NCBI RefSeq assembly: GCF_003918875.1
Contig: NW_025765247.1
Span: forward strand, 62,001 to 126,000
DNA: 64,000 nucleotides
Source: Haliotis rubra
Taxonomy: Eukaryota
Direction of reading: 5' to 3'
The notes beneath the pieces were generated by a model. It was not told the origin of the DNA and did no database searches. It worked only from the letters and a program-made list of their open reading frames with translations. Shown here piece by piece: positions 14,081-26,211 of this stretch. The position numbers and the translations under genes are program-made. Each line of letters starts with the position of its first letter. The stretch's first letter is position 1.

Positions 14081-14374
14081 GTTCAGTAAAGATGTAACTG
14101 TAGTCGGGCAAATACAATAGTTTGTACTTTTTTGTTTCCGTTTATATGCAAACTATTGACATGTTGACACAAACGGTTACTATGACCGAATGTTTTCGTC
14201 TTGTAGAATTTTGGATTGACCCCCTCAGGATTGAGGTGAAAGTAGGAACTCTGCACACGGAAAAAGTGAACACAATCGTGGTGCCAACTGACAACAAGGT
14301 GTCACTGCGTGGTAAGTGAAGTTCGCAAAGATGAATGAAGAGTAAATGAATACGTTTTTTCCTGTTTTGGTTGG

Positions 14375-14619
14375 GGTTGTTTTTTGTTTGGTCTGTGTTG
14401 TTTTACGCCGCACTCAGCAATATTCCAGCACTGTCTGGCGGCGGTCTGTAAATAATCAAGTCTGGACCAGACAATACAGTGATCAACAGCATGAGCATCA
14501 ATCTACGCAACTGGGATACGATGATATGTGTCAAACAAGTCAGCGAGCCTGACCACCCGATCACGTTAGTCGGCTCTTACAAGTTACTGAAGACCCTTTC
14601 TAACCCGGATCTTCACGGG
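14375..14619 (-). mobile_element. SINE-like family C
   Basis: Reverse complement, full length. Confidence 0.85.
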
Positions 14620-14673
14620 TCTTCTTGTTTTCAGAAATGCTCCAGCATTATATCATGGGGGCTTCAGACATAG

Positions 14674-15030
14674 TACAGTGGAATCTGTCAAATCCGGATT
14701 CTGTGTAATCCGCTTCTCTCCATAATCCGGACTACTCTCTGAGTCCCGGCAAAATTGTTTTTAATTTATCATTTAAGAGTGCTTTATCCGGACTCTCTCA
14801 ATTACGGATTACAGACTAAAATAACAGTCCCGACAATCAACATGCTATGAGAACAATTCTTTGTAATCCAGACGTAGCTGACTAAAATAACAGTCCCGAC
14901 AATCAACTTGCTATGAGAACAATTCTTTGTAATCCGGTTGTAGATGACTAAAATAACAGCCCCAACAATCAACTTGCTATGAGAACAATGCTTTTAATCC
15001 TGTCGCAGGTGACTAAAATAACAGTCCGTT
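14674..15030 (+). mobile_element. Tigger/pogo-like MITE left end with internal 66-bp tandem repeat (about 3.3 copies, 14814-15027)
   Basis: Starts TA-CAGTGGAATC with repeated aatccgga motifs; unit gactaaaataacagtcccgacaatcaac... recurs at 14814, 14880, 14946. Confidence 0.55.
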
Positions 15031-15511
15031 GAATAAACATTTCCGTTACTTCTGCTCCGAATTGCTAATGACTGACAACATTGTATTACGTGGAAATTTA
15101 CAGAGGCAGAAGAATTTCATGTTAACAGACTTTTTCCAATGAGAGTATAAATAATATAATAAAAAACATATTGTCTGGTCCAGACTCGATTATTTAGAGA
15201 CAGCCGCCATAATATATTTGCTACTTTGCTACTTTGCTAAATCTTTGCTACTGCTGTTGATCACTAGATTGTCTGGTCCAGACTCGATTATTTACAGACC
15301 GCCGTCATACAGCTGGAAAACTGCTGAGTGCGGCGTTAAACAACAACCAACCAACCAACCAACATATATAATCTCAAACCTATGCGATCTTGGGTTCGAA
15401 TGTTCGTAAACGTCGGAGAACTGCAACACACTAGGCTTTTCTCCCACATTAAGCTGACACGTCCTGTCTATGTGTCTGAAGGCTGTTCACAGCAGTGTTA
15501 AAAACTATCTA

Positions 15512-15642
15512 CCGTATTTACTCTACTTAGCGCCCGGGCACTAATGTTTTCACCGGAGTTCTCCCGGGACATCCGAAATATATATTTTAGCCTTCCCAGC
15601 ACGACACTATGAGATACCCGGCGCTTATTAGAGGAAATACGG
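15512..15642. mobile_element. Small pogo/Tc-like MITE
   Basis: Ends ccgtatttactcta..agcgcc and ggcgcttattagaggaaatacgg. Confidence 0.55.
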
Positions 15643-16221
15643 AATTACTGTAAATTGTAACGATTGCATATTAATAACTTTACCGTAGCTTTCTAAGACC
15701 ACCGCGATATAATATTTTTTTGAGTCCGGCGTTAAACAACCAACAAACCAACCTCTCTCATACAACCAGTAGTAGACAAATAAAAACTTATCTAGGTGAG
15801 CTAGCACTAGAAATCAAGCTCAGGTCTGGGCTAGTACAAGCAGCCACACATACACACCCATACATGTTGTCATATGAGCAAAATAATCTTAAGTGCTACG
15901 TTAAAGCCCATATCGCATCACCTAACCCATCACACCCACTCAGGCCCTTACGACGTTCTGGTTTAACCCTTAGCGGGCCTGTATGTTATATATATTTTTT
16001 CATTTCTCTTAGCCGTTTTAATCTACTAATGTATATAAAGGACAGTTTGTCTTTTTGTTTCAGGCCAAGTGGCATTTCTGAAGTCCGAGTTTGGGCCTGA
16101 CTGTATGGTTGGAAGTGACCGTAAGTTCTCTCTGCCATTGTATCGCCTTTAGAGTTCAAGTAATGACTTAGACTCCAAACTCTATATTTTCATTAGGAGA
16201 AAAGATCTATTTAGAACTGAA

Positions 16222-16429
16222 TGGTACAATCACAGGCCATCGTGTCTTTGCGAGAAATAAAGATTTTTTAATTTTTTGTAGAAATTTGAGATGACCCCGT
16301 ACTCGAAATGCTTCATATTAGAAAAAGTCATGACGCATTGTACTGTGAAGCATTTCGAGTCGGGGGTCATCTCAAAAGCATTTTGTTAAATCTTCAATCA
16401 TCGCAAAGACATGATTGTCTGTGGGTACC
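16222..16429. mobile_element. Foldback/palindromic MITE
   Basis: Arms tttgagatgaccccgtactcgaaatgcttca and tgaagcatttcgagtcgggggtcatctcaaa, plus outer tgtctttgcga and tcgcaaagaca. Confidence 0.65.
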
Positions 16430-16678
16430 ATTGGCGTATTATTGTATACCGTTAGTTAATGTGCAGATGAAGAATCATATGCTGATATAATGTAAGTGAG
16501 TGCAACATACTTCTTTCTTTTCCATATTGCGAAGCCTGGAAACTTTCCCCCGTAAAGATATACGCTATCATGATGTTAAGTTAGTGTAATGTATTGTATG
16601 ATTTACCCTCTCACAGTGTCTGTAAACATAATTCGTAAATTTGGATATGTAGGTTCATATGTCGGTTAACACTGGAAA

Positions 16679-16940
16679 GGGGCCGTGGGGTAGCCTAGTG
16701 GTTAAAGCGTTCTCCGGTCAGGCCGAAGACCCGGGTTCGATTCCCCATGTGGGTACAATGTGTAAAGCCCATTTCTAGTGTCCCCCGCTGTGATAATGCT
16801 GCAATATTGATAAAAGCGGCGTAAAACCATACTCACTAACACTGGGAACATAGGGTTAATTGGATTTGTACGGAACATCGTAAGGGACATTCTTGCTTTC
16901 GCGACATCTCTATCTTCATGCTAAAGTGCGAACGTGATTA
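16679..16940 (+). mobile_element. Family A SINE plus about 100-bp 3' extension shared with the 24967 copy
   Basis: SINE 16679-16837 followed by aacactgggaacataggg...gtaagggacattct. Confidence 0.8.
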
Positions 16941-17453
16941 TTTGTCTCGGTGCTCGCAGTCTCGTTGTCAGGGCACAATGTTTTTTTTACAAAAGATAAA
17001 AGTTCGTATATCTTACAATATTTCATAATTTGGGTGTATACCATCAGTTTGTCAACGTTTTCTAATCCAGGAGCAAATATCACAAAATCCGGAGCTGTCG
17101 TCGTTCCTGCTCAAAATATGTCCTGCACGAACGTCATGCTTGTGTCTACGGAATATTTCAAGAACAATGTAGAGGAGGTGATCAAAAAGTGCTTCAGAAA
17201 GGCAGAAAAGGAGAAAATCATGTCACTCGCAATTGGCCACGTTATTCCAGGTAACATGTTCATCAATATGCATCGACAATTCGAGTTCCCTGTAACGTTT
17301 GCATATTAGTGCACACAGACACACATGCACGCACGCATGCACGCACGTCACACGCACTCACACAACCATCTGGGGATTCCTGGCTACACTAGGATCAGTT
17401 GATCGTACGAGGCAATGGTCAGTTGGCAGGGGCGGATACAGCTTTTTGAGAAA

Positions 17454-17456
<3 letters not shown>

Positions 17457-17494
<38 letters not shown>
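17457..17494. repeat. (GT)n microsatellite
   Basis: Direct reading. Confidence 0.95.
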
Positions 17495-17496
<2 letters not shown>

Positions 17497-17913
17497 ACTC
17501 TTTTGAGAAAGGGGGTGCACACCACGCACTATTTGAACACTTGCTTATGAGTGAAATACCTTCAGTTCTAATTTGCAGTCCAACTGAAGTGTTCGAAACA
17601 CGAAGAAACTACTAACAGATACTACACCAGAAATATGTTTTGAAACATATGCAGATCTTATCTTTGAAATTATGAACGATATTATTATATCTTCGGCTTG
17701 AATAGATAACACATTTTACGGACAGCCACTTCTTTTTATTCTTTATACGACGTTTCAGAGCTATTTCTTGCTTCTTCGTCACATGATGAACTTCTATAAA
17801 GAATAAAAAGAAGTTGCTATACATAAAGCGTTTCGTGTATTCATGTTCTTCCAACTTCTAAATGCCTTTTAAGAACTTTATCTTCGACTCATTGAAGACG
17901 GATTTGACAATGG

Positions 17914-18161
17914 GTGAGTGAGTGAGTCTGTTTAGTTTTACGCCGCACTCAGCAATATTCAAGCTATATGGCGGCGGTCTGTAAATAATTGAGTCTGGAC
18001 CAGACAATCCAGTGATCAACATCATGATCTACGCTGTTGGTGTGTCATGTGTCATGACATGTGCCAACCAAGTCCACGAGCCTGACCACCCAATCCCGTT
18101 GGTCGCCTCTCACGACAAGCATGGGTTATTGAAGATCAATTCTAACCCGGATCGTCAAGGG
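17914..18161 (-). mobile_element. SINE-like family C
   Basis: 12-bp TSD atttgacaatgg. Confidence 0.88.
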
Positions 18162-18579
18162 TTATTTGACAATGGCTTTGGCGACATAGTCAAAGCGTAT
18201 GACAAAGATTATGAGGACCTAACAATAGTATGCATGCTTTCAACCGTGCTAATTTATTAGAAAACATTCCATGTCTTCAACCTCATGTTTTATAGAATAA
18301 TAAACACTAATTGTTCTTACAGAGCAAGACGACGACGCTAAGGTATTCGCCACTGGCATGGAGAGGGCCATCAAACGACACAAGACTAACCTGAAGGTCC
18401 TTAGTGATGTTCGGATCCTCCTCAACAACACAGAACAAAAGTCCACATTTGATTCCATTTTCCGACAGAACGTTGGTCGCCCAGCTATGAGGAAATCTTT
18501 TGTGCTGTCTCATGAAGATGAGTTGTCTTCACGTACGTCCATTTGATATAACCATCTTCTTTTTCATCATTTGTGTTTG

Positions 18580-19190
18580 ATAGATGGATGGAGGGATGGA
18601 GGTTGTGCAGGTGTTGCCTTCATGTACGCCCACTTAATATAAGCATGACTCTTTGTTATATTTAATGTCCAAGGTGACCGTGTTGGGTAAATGGGTGGAG
18701 GTTGTTGAGGGGTTGCCTTCATGTACGCCCACTCAATATAAGCATGACTCTTTGTTATATTTAATGTCCAAGTTGATCGTTTGGTGTAAAGTTGATCGTT
18801 TGGTGTAAATGGATGGAGGGATGGAGGTTGTGCAGGTGTTGCCTTCATGTACGCCCACTTAATTTAAGCATGACTCTTTATTATATTGAATGTCCAAGGT
18901 GACCGTGTTGGGTAAATGGGTGGAGGTTGTTGAGGGGTTGCCTTCACGTACGCCCACTTAATATAAGCATGACTCTTTGTTATATTTAATGTCTAAGTTG
19001 ATCGTTTGGTGTAAATGGGTGGAGGGACGGAGGTTGTTAAGGTGTTGCTTTCACGTGCGTTTACTTAATATAAGCATGGCTTTTTGTTATATCTAATGTA
19101 TTTGAGGTGGAATAAATGGGTGGAGGTTGTTGAGGGGTTCCCTTCACGTACGCCCACTTAATATAAGCATGGCTCTTTGTTATATATGAT
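18580..19190. repeat. About 100-bp tandem repeat (about 6 copies)
   Basis: Core gttgccttcatgtacgcccacttaatataagcatgactctttgttatatttaatgtc. Confidence 0.9.
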
Positions 19191-19640
19191 GTCTGAGGTA
19201 TCGGCTACGGGTTGGAAACCCCACATGGTTAGAATGTGTGAAACCAATTTCTGGTGTCCCCCCCACCGTGAGATTGCTGGACTATTGTTAAACGCTGTGA
19301 AAAACCCAACTCATTCACAAACTCTATGTTGTGTTCTCAGAATTGGTTTATTTGATTTTTCGTTATTTTGTTCGTAGGCTCCAAACCACAAAGATACCAA
19401 AGTAAGTCCATGAGGTCGGATGATCCGTGCCTGCTTCCACTGCCGCGACTGCGTCTATTGGCCGTGACCAAAGAGCACCTTGAAAACTGCATGGACACTG
19501 TCTCCGTCATCTTGCTGAACAATGTTGTGTCAGATATACAGACAGGTTCGGCCATTGAAACTCTTCCTGACGACAAGGTGAGCTGAGGCGTAGCACTTCG
19601 TTGTCTTTGGACCTTAGTATCCATCCCTTCAAATATTTAA

Positions 19641-19790
19641 GGGCAGTGGGGTAGCCTAGTTGTTACGGCGTTCGCTCGTCACGCCGCAGGCCCGGGTTCG
19701 ATTCTCCACATGGGTACAATGTATGAAGCCCATTTCCGGTGTCCCCCGCCGTGATATTGCTGGAATATTGCTAAAAGCGGCGTAAAACTA
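19641..19790 (+). mobile_element. tRNA-derived SINE, family A
   Basis: Matches family A consensus. Confidence 0.88.
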
Positions 19791-19846
19791 TTTAGCTCAT
19801 GCGCTTGTTTTGTTTCTTGGATTGTGTGCAGCATGACCGAGGTCTT

Positions 19847-20014
19847 GTGAGTGAGTGAGTGAATGAGTATATTTTTACGTCGCTTTTAGCAATATTCATG
19901 CATAATTACGACGGGAGACACAAAAATGGGGTCTACATGATGAACCCAATGTGGGGAATCGAACCCGGGTCTTTGGTGTGAGACCTAACACTTTAACCAC
20001 TAGGCTACTCCCAC
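19847..20014 (-). mobile_element. tRNA-derived SINE, family A (diverged)
   Basis: Reverse complement of family A. Confidence 0.8.
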
Positions 20015-20832
20015 ATGAAGATAACACCCATGATACAAATGGAATACTCTTAACAAGAGGTGTTAAACCAAGCCCACTCACTCACCGTAACCTTAGGTTC
20101 GAATCCAAGTTTCGTCATGATCGTTTTTCTGCACCATGCAATTGCTAATTGTTTTAGGTGCCACGCGTGACCTCCCTCTGCGCGGATCTGCACGTGCTGG
20201 CGCAGGTAGACAAGAGCAACGGGATGGTCCACTTCCACGGCTCCAGAGAAGACGTCATGGCAGCGAAGAGAAAGACTCATGAATATGTCCAAGGTCTAAA
20301 TACGAAGCACCAGACACGGGAACGAGCCGAAACGATTCAGACCAACGTCCAGTGGTGGTACATGACCACTCCGGGAGGGGAACTCAAGGCCTTCCCTCAG
20401 TGACCAACATGCTGCTGGAGCAGGCCTTCAAGGAAGATTTCCCATCGGCTACCTTCAAAGTCTCGGGAGGCATGGTCACTGCTGACTTCCGTACAAATCG
20501 GTTCCACATGTCGCCTACAGAGTCGTTGAAGATGTCTCGGGTTGAGAAGCGTGGTGGGACTTTCTGACATGGTCGTGTTAACACTACGCGAAAAGTATGA
20601 TTTGTGTCAACTTGCAATATATGGGATATTGAAATGTTGTTGATAAGTGCATGTGCTTCTAGATATTTGAGCATGTTTGAATGGAACTGTCCCATCTTCT
20701 GTTTCAGCCAAGTTACGGTGTCATGACGTTTGTAACGGTTATGTTTTAGCAAAATCCCGTTTTCTAATGTTTACTTCGATTTGATGGCGATTTACTTGAT
20801 GCGGGTGTCATATTATATTTCCACCTTCATTT

Positions 20833-20993
20833 GGGACGGTGAGGTAGCCTAGTGGTTAAAGCGTTCGCTCGTCACACTGAAGACCTGGGTTCGATTCCCC
20901 ACATGGGTACAGTGTGTGAAGCCCATTTTTGGTGTCCCCCGCCGTGATATTGCTGGAATATTGCTAAAAGCGGCGTTAAACTAAACTCACTCA
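20833..20993 (+). mobile_element. tRNA-derived SINE, family A
   Basis: Full length; TSD accttcattt. Confidence 0.9.
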
Positions 20994-21789
20994 AACGACC
21001 TTCATTTTGCATTGTTTCGTTGTTTTGTTGCAGCCTAGTGACGGTTTGAAGACGTTTGTAACCTTTTGGGAGGCAGATCCAGTTTTTTAATGTTTACTTT
21101 CTTTTGCCAGGCAATTTAAAAACGTCAACCTTATGTTTGCTGGGAATATTTGAGAACATTTACCACGTTAGAGCCGTATCGTTTAAACTCAATTCAGTCC
21201 TTTTTTATAAAATATTTTATCAGTTCACTGTGTTGTTTCCTAAAACTTTCGGAAACCTCTTTTTTTAAATGTATGCAACCATCTTTTCTTATGGCTTATG
21301 TCATGTGCTGGATGGATTGTGAAATAGCAGACTAGAAGGTAAAACCGGGATACTGGGATAAACACTGTTGAATCACGATAGAACAAATACTGCATAAAAA
21401 CCAAAGGGGAAATACTGTTACACAGTAGATACCGACGACTCCCACTGTAGACTGGTAGAGCTGTTAAATGTACGAATTTGTCTTTCAGCTGCTTTGCCAA
21501 CTCCACCTTCACACACGTTGTAGTCTGGCCTATCATGTGACAACTGGCAGTCATCTTCGGGTCTACTGGGGACACTTAAATGTCTGGTTTATCCTGGACT
21601 CAAATGAACATTTAAGTTGCTAGGGTACAACGACCTTTCTCTTTGGGATCTTTGAAAGACTAACATGGAGAGAAGGCCTTCGTTACTTGTCAGTATTTTC
21701 TTAAACGGAATATTTTGATATTTCTTGATTTGAAATCTGATATGTCTGTCTCTTGTTGAATCATTGATTAACTTTATTAGGTTAACATA

Positions 21790-21997
21790 AACTCACGGGC
21801 GAAAAAACGTCACCAAAATGATTATTTTTATCTTTTATCGTACACTAAGTGATTATTCATATCTGTAGTTCACACTTTCAACATTCAGAATGTTGTAGAT
21901 CCATTAATTTTCCAAATATGATTGTTAAATTTTCAAAATCTGAGTTTGTTGTTTTGTGACAAAAAAAGCGAGGTGACGTTTCTTTCGCCCGTGAGTT
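21790..21997. mobile_element. MITE
   Basis: TIRs aactcacgggcgaaaaaacgtcacc and ggtgacgtttctttcgcccgtgagtt. Confidence 0.75.
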
Positions 21998-22380
21998 ATA
22001 TTTGGAATTACACTTTCTCAATAAAGTACAAATACTAGGAATATTTTGGATGGAGAAGCACCCGGGATCTAAGCGAAGATCTCATAGAGAAACACCTAAT
22101 GGCCAGCACCAATTGCCTCACTCTGTTAGGTTCGAATCCCGGATAGGACTCCGAAATGAACTATTAATTGTACTTACTAAAACACTGTAATCCGCTTAAT
22201 GGCAAACATCATGTATTTGTTTCACATTCATATACCTTATTTCAGTTACATGTTAAATCAGTTTACATCATCCCATTGGTTTCATGAATTATTTTGTTTG
22301 TTCATGGTATTTATTGTAACCAGACTTGCCTAAACGTCAACGTGCAATGTGTATTTCTTGGTTAGCATTCAAGCGTTATA

Positions 22381-22805
22381 TACTACCCATCAAAAGTTTA
22401 GACTCACTAGTGTAAATGTAGCCACTTACTTCAGTCAACTGTTCTAAACTAGATTTTGCATAATATCCCATACTGTTTGAAGGTACTGTTTTCACATGAG
22501 CTGATGTATTGTAAAACGAATTCGTAACGTTGAAAAGATTATTGTCATGAGTTTAATAAATGATGAAACTCAGTGAAAAATGGCGAATTCTTAACAAAAC
22601 TTTACACCAAAACGCAGCTGTTCACATTCGCGATATTTGCACATGCTTTTCAGCAATTTGATCCATGATACCTGTGCAATTCATCAACATAAACTTTGCA
22701 GTTGGTTCCCCCCAGTTAGTGGAGAAATTCATCTCAGATGTAACCATATATATTCATAACATATAGTAAGTGATTCTAGTGAGTCTAAACTTTTTATGGG
22801 GAGTA
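22381..22805. mobile_element. Tc1-type MITE
   Basis: 30-bp TIRs tact(a/c)cccat(c/a)aaaagtttagactcactag with TA duplication. Confidence 0.85.
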
Positions 22806-23007
22806 TATAAGAGCCACCAATACCAATATAGGGGCTATCGTAATATCATTTTAATGCTGACGTTAACCAGTATTCTTGTACTATATACAATAAATATTTT
22901 AGACTTATCTTAGTGTTATTATGAGTTAAAAATACTCAATAGTTGAAATGAACACCATCAAATTGTCATATATGATTTCAAACGATTTTTATATTTCTAA
23001 ATGTATA

Positions 23008-24328
23008 TATTACAGTCAATGTCTACAATCAGGCAATGTGTACAATGACTGATTTAACCAGTCAATGTGTACGTTGTCTGAATTTCCAGGCATTGTGTAC
23101 ATTGCCTGATTAATTAACCTAAATATTGTACATATTGATTGATTGTTGAACAGTGATTATTGAGAAGACAAGAATAGCATGGGTTCCGTTTTATATCAAA
23201 CAGCTCATCAATATGAGTGAAATAGCTAACTGCAGATTCTGATTCTGGCTTTCACCTTCTGATTAACTTCTGATTAATACCTACTTCTATGTAAATGGCC
23301 ACAATCTCCAAACTGTGTTATACGGAATATCTCCGGCAAACAACAACGTCAATAAGAACATAATAGAGTCCCTGCATCAATACATCTTTAAGTCTAAACG
23401 ATTTGACAAATTATACTAACAATTATATGCAATCAATTAATGAAGTGTAGCTGCAAGCTCAATGTTTATAAGCACCTACAACGCACATAGATGATTTAAT
23501 TTGTCGGTTTTTGTATCCAGTTCTTGTGCATTTTGTTTAAATGATATATGTACTGGTGAGGTATTGATATAAGCAGAGTTCTGCTTGTTTACCAAAATAC
23601 CTCCCAAGAACGTAATACTGCCGGAACGTCCTCTTCTCAGCTCCTAGTGAAACCTTGACTTCTTCAATCAAACTAAGGTAATCTCCTTTAGTCAACAAGA
23701 TTGACTTCGAATCGGGCTGTCGTCTGCTCACGAAATGCAGGCTCCATGATGATAACAAGAATGAATGTCAAGTCTAGTAAGAATTTGAAGACTTTATTGA
23801 ATTCTATCAATCTGTTGATGATTTTGTGAACTCTATATCAGCTGAAGCGATTGATGGAACTGTTTATATGGAAAGCGAGTTAGATCAAGCTATCAGTATA
23901 GGTGAGTTGTTATCAGCACCAGCAGTATGAAGCCAGGTAAAGCGCCAGGCCTCTCCGGGATTTCAGTTGATGTCTTTCAGAATGCGCCACCGGTTTGTCT
24001 GAACATGTTGTTGGATTGATTTAATCTTGTATAAGCCTGTGCTCTTAGGAAGCATCATTACTAGGGAAACCTTTGCTTTAAGGAAAGTTGGATTAATCTA
24101 AACTATAAACATTACTTTATTACACGAAGCCTCAGTGATCACAGAACGGAACCCATGCTAATCTTGTCTTCTCGATAATCCCTGTTCAACAATCAGTCAA
24201 TCTGTACAATATTTGGGTTAATTAATCAGGCAATGTACACAATGCCTGGATATTTTAGACAATGTACACAATGACTGGTTATTTCAGTCATTGTACACAT
24301 TGCCTGATTGTAACCATTGGCTGTAACA
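23008..24328 (-). mobile_element. Ginger-type (integrase-like transposase) deletion derivative with about 180-bp TIRs
   Basis: Long TIRs 23008-23190 and 24145-24328; right end ...GTAACA; 4-bp TATA on both flanks. Fragment LLTKGDYLSLIEEVK...RQYYVLGRY resembles the N-terminus of KRBA2/SCAND3-like Ginger transposases. Confidence 0.7.
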
Positions 24329-24966
24329 TATATAGATCCGTTGTCCAATACAGGTGTCCTTATCACACCCTTGTCCATTGCTCCTATTCAGACAATGGTT
24401 AGTTGATCTGTCGGAACTAGTGTGAGGGAATTTGGTTCTGAACATTATTTCAGTTGCAAAACAATTGGTCATTGTTGTCGGGAGTATTGGTGTCATTACC
24501 GGGGATATAATCGAGGGATCTTAGTCGGACCGACCACTGTAGTTAACAACCAGTCCAAGTCAGTCCACTTTTGTCACGTGACTGCGGCCAAACTATTTAA
24601 TTGTTTTGTTTTTTCTTATCTAAGTGGGTAAGGTATTAGTTCGAGAAAAACCTGAAGTTATCATTGACGTTTATTACTTTGATGAAAGCAGGAAAACGTA
24701 GTGATGTGACTGATATTCTGCTTAAAGTGGCCTTAACCAAACTCACCTATGAAGTGAGTCTCTGTCTGAACGATTTGATCTCTGTCTGAACGATTTGTAT
24801 TTGACAACGATGCCAATCTGTCTCAGATAAAACGTTTACTGTGATCAATAAAACAATTTTTGTTCCACTGAGTTCATTTTGGTATGTTTACGTCCGGTAC
24901 AGACACAAACATTACAATTAATTACCCCACAACGGGTATGTCAGACCAGACATAACTTTAGTCGCT

Positions 24967-25272
24967 GGGGGCGATGGGGTAGCCTAGTGGTTAAGCTCGT
25001 CGCGCTGAAGACCCGGGTTCGATTCTCCACATGGGTACAATGTGTGAAGCCCATTTCTTGTGTCCCCCGCTGTGATATTGCTGGAATATTGCTAAAAGCG
25101 GCGTAAAACTAAACTCACTTACTCACTAACACCGGGAACATAGGGATAATGGATTTGTAAGGAATACCGTAAGGGACATTCTCGCTTTCACGATATCTCT
25201 GCCTTAATACTAAAGAGCGAACACGATTATTCTGCGTAAAAGCTGCGTAAAACCATACTCACTCACTCACTC
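24967..25272 (+). mobile_element. Family A SINE plus 3' extension and a second tail
   Basis: SINE 24967-25127; extension as at 16838-16940; then gcgtaaaaccatactcactcactc. Confidence 0.8.
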
Positions 25273-26061
25273 GTGTATAAAATGTGTTTGTCACAGAACA
25301 GTTACATACATGATGCCAAAAAACAACAGGAACTTTGCTGGCTATGGTCTATAATAAGCAAATCAGCCTTAGGTATTCAATTTTACAGTGATCAACAACG
25401 TGAACGGGGAAAACCTGCGCCTGAATGCCATTACGTCCTGGCAGAAATATGTTTGTATGGAGGTTGCTCAATGTCCCATTCAACGACGTGTGAATGTGAT
25501 AGAATAGCAATACATCGCACATACAAACTTCCCCGTGTTCAGCATACACGGGGTTAGAAATGTTACCAGCTTTGTATTCGTATGTTGATGTGCGTCCTCT
25601 TTGAAACAGTGACTCAGTGTGGTAGGCGATTTCCTACTAATCTAACTGCGTAGATGTGCGGTGTATGTATTTATAGAACCGATACAAAAGATTTCCTTAT
25701 TATACCCGTTGTCGTTTGATATTGTGTACATGTTTTAACTGAACATACCGGTTTGTGGGTATATAATGAGACGCTGGAATCATACCAATTAACAACACCG
25801 TCGTAGCCGATGTTACCTTGTCTCTGAAATGGCGCCGTACTGTTTAAGTGGTATGGTGCAAATCTGCTGTATAATTCCCACAGAAGAAGAAGTATCTGTG
25901 CCTGTTTGAAGACAAGCTAGTGCATTTTTGAACGAACTGTTGCTCCTAATGACATGGCAAATAAAAGGTTGGAAAAGCTATTTGCGATAGCTTGTCGTGC
26001 AAATAATATGCTTCATGTCAAGGTCTAATAGTTATTTACAATGGCAATGGATTAAGAGTGG

Positions 26062-26101
26062 CGGATTTTCCATAACATAAACACACTGAAGTTTCGTTTG
26101 C
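26062..26101 (+). promoter_or_regulatory. Candidate kB-like and ISRE-like motifs upstream of gene B
   Basis: CGGATTTTCC (26062-26071) and AGTTTCGTTTGC (26090-26101), 110-150 nt before the ATG. Both are one-mismatch matches to short motifs. Confidence 0.3.
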
Positions 26102-26211
26102 TTTGTACATTAACAACGGCTGAACAAGTGGATTCCTTATTCAGGTTACTGAGGTCGGCTGTTTGTGACTCATCTACGTAACAAGGTTTTATTTTGTGAA
26201 GCTGAAATTGC

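Larger units (their letters stand above)
581..20553 (+). pseudogene. Macro-PARP paralog A (PARP14-like; macro-macro-degenerate macro-KH-like-WWE), 5'-incomplete, frameshifted, no own ART exons
   Basis: Phase-compatible exons: 581-660, 1718-1948, 5584-5802, 7164-7218, 8248-8315, 9202-9432, 11164-11385, 13799-13874, 14207-14311, 16064-16120, 17071-17250, 18323-18532, 19378-19577, 20158-20553. Macro motifs VVKGDIT, ADVIVNTTN, SIAFPTMGCG, TIAFPALGTG; WWE start VQWWY. Exon sizes match gene C (222, 76, 105, 210 nt). A 1-nt deletion near 20398 gives TGA at 20401-20403, and the donor at 11386 is GC. Pseudogene status is tentative because these could be assembly errors. Confidence 0.8.

Noticed and set aside
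21418-21583. Minus-strand terminal-exon-like frame ending ...WESSVSTV* and overlapping 111-aa ORF
   Set aside because: No recognisable homology or partner exons; could be chance.
20554-26211. Missing ART exons of gene A
   Set aside because: Searched by eye for PxxW, RIQN, HGT and YGKG motifs and found none; the interval is mostly SINEs, MITEs and the Ginger-type element.
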